From NCBI GenBank assembly GCA_021835845.1, contig JAKBJU010000002.1, forward strand, positions 118,130-182,129: a stretch of 64,000 bases of DNA, written 5' to 3'. Of the stretch, positions 8,641 to 20,674 are shown piece after piece (positions within the stretch are counted from its first letter, which is position 1; each line of letters opens with the position of its first letter). The DNA comes from Pseudomonadota bacterium (GTDB lineage: Bacteria > Pseudomonadota > Gammaproteobacteria > Burkholderiales > JABEVD01). Both the position numbers and the translations under genes were made by a program. The notes under the pieces are model-generated. The model was not told where the DNA came from, ran no database searches, and saw only the letters and a list, made by a program, of their open reading frames with translations.

Positions 8641-9531
8641 ATGCTCCATTTGACTTTCCGCCAGCTCAGCGTATTCGAATCGGTCGCCAGAAATCTGAGT
8701 TTTTCGCGTGCCGCCGAGGAAATGCATCTGACGCAGCCTGCCGTATCCATGCAGATCAAGCAGCTGGAAGAAAATATCGGCCTGCCGCTGTTCGAGCAAT
8801 TGGGGAAGAAGATCTTCCTGACCGAAGCAGGCAAAGAGCTCTACCATTACAGCAGGATCATCGCGCAGCAACTCCTTGAGGCCGAATCCGTCCTGTCCGA
8901 ACTGAAGGGCCTGGAGCGGGGAAAGCTGAACATTTCCGTGGTCAGCACGGCAAATTATTTCGCCCCTCAGCTTCTTGCACGATTCTGCACCGACCATCCC
9001 CAGATCAAGGTCAGCCTCAATGTGGGCAACCGCGAATCGGTATTGAAGCAGCTGCACGACAACGAGATCGATCTCGCCATTCTCGGCACCCCTCCCGAAG
9101 GGATCGACATCGAGGCCTACCCCTTCATGGAAAACCGCCTTGTCATCATCGCCGCGAGCGGCAACCCCCTTGCCGACAAGCCGGCCATTCCGGCGTCCAG
9201 ACTCCAGAATGAAATCTTCATCATGCGGGAGCAGGGTTCCGGAACACGCCTGGCTGCTGAAAAATACTTCTCTTCCCACAGCGTTCAGGTCAAGACGGGG
9301 ATGGAAATGAGCACTACCGAGGCGGTAAAGCAGGCCGTTCAGGCTGGAATGGGATTGGGCATTCTTTCTCTGGACACGGTGCTGCTCGAAGTCGAGACTG
9401 GCCGCCTGAAAGTCCTCGACGTGGAAGGATTCCCCATCATACGCCATTGGTATTTGGTGCACAGGCAGAACAAGCGGCTATCGAGCGTGGCGGAAGCCTT
9501 CAAGTCCTTTCTGCTCAGGCAGGCCCAATAA
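8641..9531 (+). CDS. cbbR: LysR-family transcriptional regulator, CbbR-type (paired with cbbLSQO)
   Basis: The 296-aa ORF has an ATG start and is divergent from cbbL. Its HTH (FSRAAEEMHLTQPAVSMQIKQLEENIGLPLFEQ) is nearly identical to that of the other CbbR. Confidence 0.85.
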   Translation: MLHLTFRQLSVFESVARNLSFSRAAEEMHLTQPAVSMQIKQLEENIGLPLFEQLGKKIFLTEAGKELYHYSRIIAQQLLEAESVLSELKGLERGKLNISVVSTANYFAPQLLARFCTDHPQIKVSLNVGNRESVLKQLHDNEIDLAILGTPPEGIDIEAYPFMENRLVIIAASGNPLADKPAIPASRLQNEIFIMREQGSGTRLAAEKYFSSHSVQVKTGMEMSTTEAVKQAVQAGMGLGILSLDTVLLEVETGRLKVLDVEGFPIIRHWYLVHRQNKRLSSVAEAFKSFLLRQAQ

Positions 9532-9555
9532 AAAAGGCGGCCATGGCCGCCTTTT
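9531..9555. terminator. Bidirectional rho-independent terminator between convergent cbbR and fba
   Basis: The sequence AAAAAGGCGGCCATGGCCGCCTTTT has a GC stem flanked by an A-run on one side and a T-run on the other. Confidence 0.65.
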
Positions 9556-9575
9556 CATGTCGTTGCCTGGGGGGC

Positions 9576-10640
9576 TTACTTGATCACCGCCTTCAGCTCT
9601 CCCTTGGCATAGCGCTGCGCCATCTGGTCCAGGGACAGCGGCTTGATCTTCGCCGCCTGGCCTGCAGAGCCGAATGCCTCGTAACGCGCCTTGCAAATTT
9701 CCTTCATCGCCTTGGTCGCAACGGTGAGGAATTTGCGGGGATCGAAGTTCTTTTTATCTTCCGCAAGGAATTTCCGGACTGCGCCGGTGGAAGCCATGCG
9801 CAGATCGGTATCGATGTTGACCTTGCGCACGCCGTGCTTGATCCCCTCGACGATTTCCTCGACCGGAACGCCGTAGGTTTCTCCCATGTCGCCGCCATAC
9901 TGGTTGATGATCTTCAGCCATTCCTGAGGAACGGACGAGGAGCCGTGCATCACGAGATGCGTGTTGGGAATGCGCGCATGGATTTCCTTGATGCGGTTGA
10001 TCGCCAGAATTTCCCCGGTCGGCGGACGGGTGAACTTGTATGCGCCGTGGGAAGTCCCGATCGCAATCGCAAGCGCATCCACGCCGGTTTGCTTGACGAA
10101 CGCCGCCGCTTCTTCCGGATCGGTCAAAAGCTGATCGTGCGAAAGCTTGCCCTCCGCGCCGTGGCCGTCTTCCTTCTCGCCCTGACCCGTTTCGAGCGAA
10201 CCCAGGCAGCCAAGCTCACCTTCCACGGAAACGCCCACTGCGTGGGACATCTCCACGACCCGGCGGGTCACGTCGACGTTGTATTCGAAGGAGGAGGGGG
10301 TCTTGGCGTCTTCCATGAGGGAGCCGTCCATCATCACGCTGGAAAATCCGGAGCGGATGGCCTGGATGCAGATCGCCGGCGATGCGCCGTGATCCTGGTG
10401 CATGACGATGGGAATATGCGGATAGGCTTCGACAGCCGCCTCGATCAGGTGGCGCAGGAATGCTTCCCCTGCATATTTTCTCGCCCCGGCGGAGCCTTGC
10501 ATGATCACCGGGCTGTTGCACTCGTCCGCAGCCTGCATGATTGCCTGGACCTGCTCCAGGTTGTTAACGTTGAACGCAGGGAGGCCGTAGCCGTTTTCCG
10601 CTGCATGATCCAACAACTGCCTCAATGATACGAGAGCCAT
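9576..10640 (-). CDS. fba: Fructose-1,6-bisphosphate aldolase, class II (Calvin-cycle subtype)
   Basis: The 354-aa ORF has an ATG start. It shows class II aldolase motifs (HQDHG, HGSSSVP) and is the last gene of the tkt-gap-pgk-pyk-fba block. Confidence 0.93.
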   Translation of the reverse strand: MALVSLRQLLDHAAENGYGLPAFNVNNLEQVQAIMQAADECNSPVIMQGSAGARKYAGEAFLRHLIEAAVEAYPHIPIVMHQDHGASPAICIQAIRSGFSSVMMDGSLMEDAKTPSSFEYNVDVTRRVVEMSHAVGVSVEGELGCLGSLETGQGEKEDGHGAEGKLSHDQLLTDPEEAAAFVKQTGVDALAIAIGTSHGAYKFTRPPTGEILAINRIKEIHARIPNTHLVMHGSSSVPQEWLKIINQYGGDMGETYGVPVEEIVEGIKHGVRKVNIDTDLRMASTGAVRKFLAEDKKNFDPRKFLTVATKAMKEICKARYEAFGSAGQAAKIKPLSLDQMAQRYAKGELKAVIK

Positions 10641-10681
10641 AATTTTCTCCTTCGGATAAATTCAGAATAAAAAAACACCAG

Positions 10682-12115
10682 CTATTTTCTGTTGTCGCCC
10701 ACCTTGACGATCTTCATCGTATTGGTTCCTCCAGGCTGTCCTATCGGCTCGCCGATGGTCAGCGCTATGAAGTCGCCGTCTTCGATGATCTTGTTCTGCA
10801 GCAAGAGATCTTCCACCTTTTCCAGAAGCTTGTCCCTGTTGTAACCCTTGAATTCGCCGAGCATGGGATAGACGCCGCGATAAAGCGTCATTTTCCTGCG
10901 GGTTTCTTCGATGCTGGTCAGGGCATAGATCGGAACCCCGCTGTTGATGCGAGACATCCACAGCGGGGTAGATCCCGACTCCGTCAGGGAAGCGATGGCT
11001 TTCACCTTGAGGTGAAAGGCAGTGAATATCGTTGCCATGGCAATCGACTGATCTATCCGCGTGAAATCCCGCCGGTTCAGGAATCCCCGTTCGAGAGCGG
11101 CCTCGACCGACTTTTCGGCTTCGATGCAAATGCGCCCCATCGCTTCTATCGTCTCGACAGGATATTTTCCGGCAGCAGTTTCGGCTGACAGCATGACCGC
11201 ATCCGTTCCGTCGAGTACGGCATTTGCCACGTCGGAAACTTCCGCCCTGGTCGGGATCGGATTCTCGATCATCGATTCCATCATCTGCGTTGCCGTGATG
11301 GTCAGCTTGTTCTTGGCCCTTGCGAGCTTGATCATTTTCTTCTGCAACGCGGGAACGGCCGCATCTCCCACTTCCACGCCGAGATCTCCGCGCGCCACCA
11401 TGATGCCGTCGCTCGCATCGAGAATTTCATCGAGACTGGGAATCGCCTCGGCCCTTTCAATCTTCGCAATCAGCAATCCGTGTCCGCCAGCCTTGCGCAG
11501 CAAATTCCGGGCAAGATTTATGTCTTCTCCGGTGCGCGGGAAGGAGACGGCCAGATAATCCGCCTTGAGTTCGGCGGCCGTGACAATGTCTTCCATGTCC
11601 TTGGCCGTGAGGGCAGGGGCGCTCAATCCGCCGCCCAGCCGGTTGATTCCCTTGTTGTTCGACAAAATGCCGCCGTGCTTGACGGTGCAATATATTCTCG
11701 GCCCGTCGATCGAAACCACATTGAGAACGATCCTGCCATCGTCGAGCAGCAGCATGTCGCCGGCAGAAACGTCTTTCGGCAGATCCTTGTAGTCGAGTCC
11801 GACCTGGTCCTGGTTGCCGAACTCGCAATTGGCGTCGAGCACGAACGGAGCGCCCTTTTCGAGCTGGATTTTTCCCTGCTCGAATTTCCCTATCCTGATT
11901 TTTGGACCCTGCAGGTCTGCCATCACCCCGACCGACCGACCTTGTTTGTCCGCTATTTTCCTCACCAGCTCGGCGCGGTGGATGTGATCCTGGGCCGTGC
12001 CGTGCGAGAAATTCATCCTGACCACATCCACGCCGGCGGTAATCATTTTCTCCAGCGTCGCTGCGTCCGTTGAGGCCGGGCCCAGCGTTGCTACAATCTT
12101 AGTTCTTCGTTGCAT
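10682..12115 (-). CDS. pyk: Pyruvate kinase
   Basis: The 477-aa ORF begins MQRRTKIVATLGPAS and contains MVARGDLGVE. Confidence 0.93.
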   Translation of the reverse strand: MQRRTKIVATLGPASTDAATLEKMITAGVDVVRMNFSHGTAQDHIHRAELVRKIADKQGRSVGVMADLQGPKIRIGKFEQGKIQLEKGAPFVLDANCEFGNQDQVGLDYKDLPKDVSAGDMLLLDDGRIVLNVVSIDGPRIYCTVKHGGILSNNKGINRLGGGLSAPALTAKDMEDIVTAAELKADYLAVSFPRTGEDINLARNLLRKAGGHGLLIAKIERAEAIPSLDEILDASDGIMVARGDLGVEVGDAAVPALQKKMIKLARAKNKLTITATQMMESMIENPIPTRAEVSDVANAVLDGTDAVMLSAETAAGKYPVETIEAMGRICIEAEKSVEAALERGFLNRRDFTRIDQSIAMATIFTAFHLKVKAIASLTESGSTPLWMSRINSGVPIYALTSIEETRRKMTLYRGVYPMLGEFKGYNRDKLLEKVEDLLLQNKIIEDGDFIALTIGEPIGQPGGTNTMKIVKVGDNRK

Positions 12116-12167
12116 ATTTGCGGGTCATTCAAAGTGAAGACCGGCCCAATGGGCCGGCCTGTTTCGT

Positions 12168-13349
12168 TCATTTTGCGCGCTGTTCCAGAATATCGACTGC
12201 GGGCAGCTTCTTTCCTTCGAGAAACTCGAGAAAGGCGCCGCCTGCCGTGGAAATGTACGACACCTTGTCGTAAATGTCGTACTTCTGCACTGCAGCGATG
12301 GTGTCGCCGCCGCCCGCCAGCGTATAGGCTTTCGTTTCGGCAATGGCCTTGGCAATGGCTTTGGTCCCTTCGCCGAACTGGTCAAACTCGAATACGCCTA
12401 CCGGGCCGTTCCATACCACAGTGCCCGCCTTCATGATGATGTCGACGAGTTCCTGCGCGGACTTCGGACCAATGTCGAATATCATGTCGTCGTCGGTGAC
12501 TTCCGAGGCCTCTTTCGTCACAGCGGGTTCGTTCGAATCGAATTTCTTGCCCACCACCACATCGACTGCGACGGGAATGGTCGCGCCGCGCGCCGTCATC
12601 TTGCCCATCAGCGCCTGGGCTGTCGGAACCAGATCGTCTTCGCAGAGCGATTTGCCGACGTTCTTGCCGGAAGCTTTCAGGAACGTATTGGCTATCCCGC
12701 CGCCCACGACGAGCTGATCGACTTTTTCGGAAAGGGCTTCGAGCACAGTAAGCTTGGTCGAGACCTTCGATCCGCCGACAATGGCAACCATGGGGCGCAC
12801 CGGATTCGCCAGCGCCTTTTGCAACGCATCCAGTTCTTCCGTCAGCAAGATGCCGGCGCATGCTGCGGGCGCATATTTCGCCACACCATGGGTAGAGGCT
12901 TCCGCACGGTGCGCCGTTCCGAAAGCGTCCATGACGAAGACATCGCAAAGCGCAGCATATTTCTTCGCCGTGTCGTCCAGGTTTTTCTTTTCGCCGGTGT
13001 TGAAGCGACAGTTTTCCAGCACGACCAGTTCGCCATCGGCCACCTTGAAACCGCCGTCAACCCAGTTGCGGATCAGCCGCACGGATTTTCCAAGCCGCCT
13101 GGAAATATCGTCGGCAACCGGCTTGAGCGAGTTCTCCTCGGAGAATTCGCCTTCCGTCGGGCGGCCCAGGTGGGACGTGACCATCACTTTCGCGCCCTGC
13201 TTCAGGCAATGGTTGATGGTGGCCATGGATGCCGCGATTCGGGCATCCGAAGTCACCTTGCCGTCCTTGACGGGGACGTTCAGGTCCGCGCGTATCAGCA
13301 CGCGCTTTCCTGCCAGATCCAGGTCGGTCATTCGAATGAAGTTGCCCAT
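12168..13349 (-). CDS. pgk: Phosphoglycerate kinase
   Basis: The 393-aa ORF contains typical PGK sequence ([21 protein letters not shown]). Confidence 0.95.
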   Translation of the reverse strand: MGNFIRMTDLDLAGKRVLIRADLNVPVKDGKVTSDARIAASMATINHCLKQGAKVMVTSHLGRPTEGEFSEENSLKPVADDISRRLGKSVRLIRNWVDGGFKVADGELVVLENCRFNTGEKKNLDDTAKKYAALCDVFVMDAFGTAHRAEASTHGVAKYAPAACAGILLTEELDALQKALANPVRPMVAIVGGSKVSTKLTVLEALSEKVDQLVVGGGIANTFLKASGKNVGKSLCEDDLVPTAQALMGKMTARGATIPVAVDVVVGKKFDSNEPAVTKEASEVTDDDMIFDIGPKSAQELVDIIMKAGTVVWNGPVGVFEFDQFGEGTKAIAKAIAETKAYTLAGGGDTIAAVQKYDIYDKVSYISTAGGAFLEFLEGKKLPAVDILEQRAK

Positions 13350-13351
13350 GT

Positions 13352-16395
<3,044 letters not shown>

Positions 16396-16738
16396 CGTTT
16401 AAATTCCTCGTCGCCCTTGTAGAGTCAGGGGCCATGTTATGACAGTTGATTGCAATAGGGAGAGTAGCCGCTTCCCCGACCGAAAGATTTGAGATTATTA
16501 CTCAATACCCGCTTGCAAGGCAATAATGGTATGACATGTTTGGTATTTGCTGTATGTAAAACCGATAACAGCTAATAAAGCGGCATGAAAATTTGTATAT
16601 ATCAATAAAAATAATATTTTCAATACGTTGCAGATTTATTCGGCGTGAATTTTCAGGGTTTTTTGTTGTGGATAGTTTGTGCGGTATTTTGTTTCCGTTG
16701 TTAAGAACCAAGTTATGCACATTTCACACATTGAAAAA
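16396..16738. promoter_or_regulatory. AT-rich intergenic region holding the tkt-operon promoter and the ntrX 3' end
   Basis: This 343-bp non-coding stretch is far more AT-rich than its flanks; a hand count of 16561..16620 gives 14/60 G+C. It lies upstream of the tkt-gap-pgk-pyk-fba block. It also carries two DnaA-box-like 9-mers, described in the findings. Confidence 0.45.
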
Positions 16739-17995
16739 TCATGCTTTCTTGAAGCTGATCCCGAGCTGCTTCAGTTTCCGGTAAAGATGGGTCCTCTCGA
16801 GGCCGACATTTTCTGCGATCTTGCTGATTCCGCCGCTTTCCTTTGACAGGTGGTATTCGAAATACATTTTCTCGAACCGGTCTCTGGCCTCGCGCAAGGG
16901 CATATCCAGCGAAAAGGGCTGGCTGTTCGCAGCCACAGGAATTTCCTGTTTCGAGAGTATTTGATGGGTATTTGCCAGAGTGATTTCGTCTTCCAGCGAG
17001 GTCAGCGCAAGCGATTTGACTACGGCCATCAGCTGGCCCAGATTTCCAGGCCAGGAATAATTGCGCAAGGCATTGAGGGATGCCGTGCTGAACTGTTTCA
17101 GGGGCGTTTCCCGGGCTTCTGCATACCTGGAAAGAATGAGGCTGGCGAGATTGGGAATATCTTCAGGGTGTGCCCTCAGCGGTGGAATGACTACGGTCAG
17201 GCTCATCAGTTTCTGGAAGAGATCGGCGTCGTAATTTCCGGATGCCACCAGGTTTGCCAATGGCTTGGTGGACGCACAAACCAGCTTGATGCCGTGATTT
17301 TCCAGTTTATCCAGGAGAAAAAGCAGGCCTTTCTGCTCTTCCCGGCTGAGATCCCCTATTTCCTTGATGAAAATGATGCCTTCCTTTGCCTTGCTGAGCA
17401 GATCGGCTTTTTCTTCCGTCAACTCGGAGGAGTCTTTCAGCTCTATCCAGGGAAAATTGGGGTTCCTGAAGAAATGGGCGCAGATTTCTATTTCCGAGCC
17501 CGGCTCTCCCGTCAGGAAAACAGGGAAGGGCAGCTTGTTCGCATGTTCCAGGGTTTTTTTCAGTTCGGCGACAATGCTGCTCTTTCCCAGGGCTGAGAGG
17601 GAAAGAGGTTCGCTGGTGCCAAGTGCGTTTTTTTGTAGTACCCGTCCGACGGTGTTGAGAAGCTTCTGGAGCGCTATGGGTTTTTCGAGGAAATCGCAGG
17701 CGCCGATGCGCGTCGCTTCCACTGCAGTATCGATGGTACCGTGCCCGGACATCATGACTACGGGCATGGTGAGGAGTCCGGAGCTTGCCCACTCTTTCAG
17801 CAGCGTAATCCCGTCCGTGTCCGGCATCCAGATGTCCAGCAGCACCAGATCCGGCCTGCTCTTGCTCCTGAATTGACGGGCTTCGCTCGCGTTTTCAGCG
17901 AGAATGACCTGATATCCCTCGTCCCAGAGAATTTCAGACAGCAAGTCCCGGATACCCACTTCGTCGTCAACAACAAGAATCTGATTCGCGCTCAT
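16739..17995 (-). CDS. ntrX: NtrX-like response regulator: REC domain, degenerate AAA+ core and Fis-type HTH
   Basis: The 418-aa ORF has a REC domain with the acceptor Asp in LVLLDIWMPD. It has a C-terminal HTH (ISKIAENVGLERTHLYRKLKQLGI). Its central domain aligns with sigma54-activator cores, but the motifs are degenerate (GEPGSEIE, IIFIKE). Its stop directly abuts the upstream ntrY. Confidence 0.75.
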   Translation of the reverse strand: MSANQILVVDDEVGIRDLLSEILWDEGYQVILAENASEARQFRSKSRPDLVLLDIWMPDTDGITLLKEWASSGLLTMPVVMMSGHGTIDTAVEATRIGACDFLEKPIALQKLLNTVGRVLQKNALGTSEPLSLSALGKSSIVAELKKTLEHANKLPFPVFLTGEPGSEIEICAHFFRNPNFPWIELKDSSELTEEKADLLSKAKEGIIFIKEIGDLSREEQKGLLFLLDKLENHGIKLVCASTKPLANLVASGNYDADLFQKLMSLTVVIPPLRAHPEDIPNLASLILSRYAEARETPLKQFSTASLNALRNYSWPGNLGQLMAVVKSLALTSLEDEITLANTHQILSKQEIPVAANSQPFSLDMPLREARDRFEKMYFEYHLSKESGGISKIAENVGLERTHLYRKLKQLGISFKKA

Positions 17996-20110
17996 TCAAG
18001 CCTCCGTGACCGAGGGAAAGACGATGCTGACGCAGGCGCCCCCCGGACTGACATTTTCAATTTGAATCGTACCATTGTGTTCTTCCACGATCTTTTTCAC
18101 GATCGCAAGCCCCAGTCCGGTCCCCTTCGGTTTCGTCGTGACATAGGGTTCAAAGGCTCGCAGCATCAGGTTTTCCGGAAAACCGGGGCCGTTGTCGCAA
18201 ATGCTCAGCTTGACGAAACCGTCGAGGGCTTCTGTGGCCACGGTAATCTGGGGCGAATCGGAGTCAGCCAGAGAGTCCTGCGCGTTTTTCAGCAAGTTGT
18301 GTATGACCTGGCGCAACTGGGTCTGATCGCCGCTTATTCTGGGCAAAGTCTCGTCGAGCTGCATGCAAACCAGGGACGACTCGTACAACGCGAGTATCTC
18401 CCGGACCAGGTGATTGAGATCGACAATCTGGAAGTTGGGTTCGGTCGATTTCGCATACTTGCTGAAGGCATCCACCATGCTGTTCAGGGCGGCAACCTGA
18501 TTGACTATGGTTTGGGTGGATCTGGTGAGCATTTTGCCGTCTTGGGGGCCAAGCTTTTCCGCCAGCTTGTGTTGCAATCGCTCTGCGGAAAGCTGAATCG
18601 GAGTGAGCGGGTTCTTTATTTCGTGGGCGAGACGCCGGGCAACCTCGCCCCAGGCGGCGTTCCTTTGGGCCTGGACCAGGTGCGTGATGTCGTCGAAGAC
18701 CACCAGGAAGCCGTTTTCCGTGACGTCCGGCAGACGCGAGCCGCGCAGGAGCAGGATCTGGGTTCCGGTCTTCCTGGAAAGATCGAGCTGCCGCTGCCAT
18801 TCGATTTCGGCGGCCTCGAATTCCTTGCAGATCTCGGAAGAAAACGGCTGAAGAAAAGGAAAGCGCTTGCCCCATTCGTCCAGAGAGGAATTGCCCGGTT
18901 CGGGGAACTCGACATTCAAAATCATGCGGGCTGCAGGGTTTGCGGAGCGCAATACGAAAGATTTGTCGAAAACCAGCACGCCGGAGGAAAGGCTGGAAAG
19001 AATGCTTTCGAGATAGGCTTTTGCGCTTTCCAATTGCTCCTGATTTTTCTGCACCGAAGTTCTGGCTTCGGCGAGCTGATGCGTCATGAGATTGAACGAC
19101 TCGGTCAATATGCCGAGCTCGTCCCGGCTCTGAACGGGGTGATACTGGCTGAAATCGCCCTGGGCGACGGCGCGCGTACCTTCGGCCAGGATGGCAAGCG
19201 GAGCGCTCAGCCGCTCGCTGACGAAAAAGGCGATGGCAAGCGCGCAAAGGAGCGCAAGCAAAAGGGAGAGGGTGAGGGTGAGCCCGTACAGCCTTTTCAA
19301 GCCCAGCCTGGAAAGGGAAAGGCCCTGGTAATCGCGATAGACGGTTTGCACGGTTTCGGCATCCTGGGCAAGCTGCCTGGGAACAGGCTTCAGCAGCTGC
19401 AGCACACGGATGTCTTCGTTGAGCCTGAGCACGTTCACGGGAACCACCACGCGAAGATAAAGGCCCTTGCCGGGAACCGATTCGATGACGCTGTAGGGCT
19501 TTTGCATCCTGATTTGACGCAGGACGGAGGGTGGTGGAAATGCCAGAACCAGCCCGTCCCGCTCCGAACCGGAAAATGCGATGATTTGCCCGGACGGGCT
19601 GAACAGCGCGCCTTCCTGTGCGCCTGCCTGATCCAGCAGTCGGCTGAAATCGGAGGGAAGGATGCCGTCCGGAAGATCCACGAGGGAAAACGCCATCGCG
19701 TCGGCGCGTTTTTCCAGGTCCTTGCGCATGTTGTCGAGCGTTGCCCGGCCGAGATTCAGCCCGCCTTCGAGCGCCTTGTCGACCCGCACGTCGAACCAGG
19801 ATTCGATGCTTTTCGACAGGAACTGGACGGAAAGCGAATAGATCAGCACGCCGGGGAGCGTGGACATCAGCGCAAAGAACAGCACGAGACGGAAGGTCAG
19901 CTTGGCGCCGAACACCTTCGCCTTGAGTTTGCGCAGCAGCACGAAAAGCTGGTAGACGACAAGGCCGGAAAGCAGGAGAACGACCCCGCCCCCCAGACCG
20001 AGCAGCACGGTATAGTGCTTGGAGAACACGTCCGTGTTGGCGCTGGCAAGCGACAGGAGATAAAGCAGCACCGCGCCGATGGCGGCGCACAAAATCAGCA
20101 AGTATTTCAA
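17996..20110 (-). CDS. ntrY: NtrY-like sensor histidine kinase (TM-HAMP-PAS-HisKA-HATPase)
   Basis: The 704-aa ORF has N-terminal TM segments and an H-box (HEIKNPLTPIQLSAERL). Its ATPase domain has N and G boxes (NLLKNAQDS, DNGPGFP, GTGLGLAIV). The start is a TTG at 20110, and no in-frame ATG lies nearby, so the start is uncertain. Confidence 0.8.
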   Translation of the reverse strand: MKYLLILCAAIGAVLLYLLSLASANTDVFSKHYTVLLGLGGGVVLLLSGLVVYQLFVLLRKLKAKVFGAKLTFRLVLFFALMSTLPGVLIYSLSVQFLSKSIESWFDVRVDKALEGGLNLGRATLDNMRKDLEKRADAMAFSLVDLPDGILPSDFSRLLDQAGAQEGALFSPSGQIIAFSGSERDGLVLAFPPPSVLRQIRMQKPYSVIESVPGKGLYLRVVVPVNVLRLNEDIRVLQLLKPVPRQLAQDAETVQTVYRDYQGLSLSRLGLKRLYGLTLTLSLLLALLCALAIAFFVSERLSAPLAILAEGTRAVAQGDFSQYHPVQSRDELGILTESFNLMTHQLAEARTSVQKNQEQLESAKAYLESILSSLSSGVLVFDKSFVLRSANPAARMILNVEFPEPGNSSLDEWGKRFPFLQPFSSEICKEFEAAEIEWQRQLDLSRKTGTQILLLRGSRLPDVTENGFLVVFDDITHLVQAQRNAAWGEVARRLAHEIKNPLTPIQLSAERLQHKLAEKLGPQDGKMLTRSTQTIVNQVAALNSMVDAFSKYAKSTEPNFQIVDLNHLVREILALYESSLVCMQLDETLPRISGDQTQLRQVIHNLLKNAQDSLADSDSPQITVATEALDGFVKLSICDNGPGFPENLMLRAFEPYVTTKPKGTGLGLAIVKKIVEEHNGTIQIENVSPGGACVSIVFPSVTEA

Positions 20111-20127
20111 GGGCGTATTTCAGTCAG

Positions 20128-20670
20128 TCATGGAACAAAATCCCACTGGAACCAGTCCGAGCCGAAATTCCAGTCGCTGGAAGCCAGTGCGTCGATCTGA
20201 AAGGGTTTGGGAAGCAGGGAAATGTCCAGGGACATGCGCAGCTTCCCCCTGTACGTTCCTCCGCTTTTCAGGGCGCTTCGGTTGATTACCTGCCGATGCA
20301 GCAGGCTGCCCATAACGTTGACTGCATCCGACAAATTGTCGAAATTCTGATACAGCGTGCCGCTGCTCAATCGGTATTGCTGCGTCAATGCGTTGTAGCT
20401 CAGCTTGGTGTGCCAGGAGGTGTCGACTATCTTTTCGTCGAACCAGTACCAGCGAACCCGCGTCAGCTCGAATTCGGTGACGAAATTGAGCGGAACCCCC
20501 TTTTTCAGGGCATCTTCGAGCGTGGGATTGAGATTGATCTCGAAGTAGGCGTTGAGGCGGTAGTCGTCGTTTGCCGCGAATTCCGCGGATTTGACGCGGA
20601 TGCCGTCCGCCAGGGCGGAAAAGCAGAGCAGGAATGCCGCCAGAAGCAATGCGATTTGCTTGAAGAGCAT
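20128..20670 (-). CDS. DUF4390-type secreted protein of unknown function
   Basis: The track ORF is 20128..20742. I prefer the ATG at 20670 (MLFKQIALLLAAFLLCFSALADG..., a signal peptide), which lies just after the rsmB stop at 20675. The RWYWFD-containing sequence and the rsmB-X-ntrY-ntrX position match my recollection of DUF4390. Confidence 0.7.
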   Translation of the reverse strand: MLFKQIALLLAAFLLCFSALADGIRVKSAEFAANDDYRLNAYFEINLNPTLEDALKKGVPLNFVTEFELTRVRWYWFDEKIVDTSWHTKLSYNALTQQYRLSSGTLYQNFDNLSDAVNVMGSLLHRQVINRSALKSGGTYRGKLRMSLDISLLPKPFQIDALASSDWNFGSDWFQWDFVP

Positions 20671-20674
20671 CGGG

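Noticed and set aside
16502-16720. A 72-aa minus-strand ORF and a 63-aa plus-strand ORF lie inside the AT-rich tkt upstream spacer.
   Set aside because: Their composition is driven by AT-rich non-coding DNA and is rich in Asn, Ile, Lys, Tyr and Phe. There is no RBS, and the region is better explained as promoter sequence.
17741-20200. An 819-aa plus-strand ORF and a 608-aa minus-strand alternative frame lie over ntrY.
   Set aside because: The NtrY frame has complete HAMP, PAS, HisKA and HATPase motifs. The alternative frames are Arg/Gly/Pro-rich with no motifs, so they are GC-driven artefacts.
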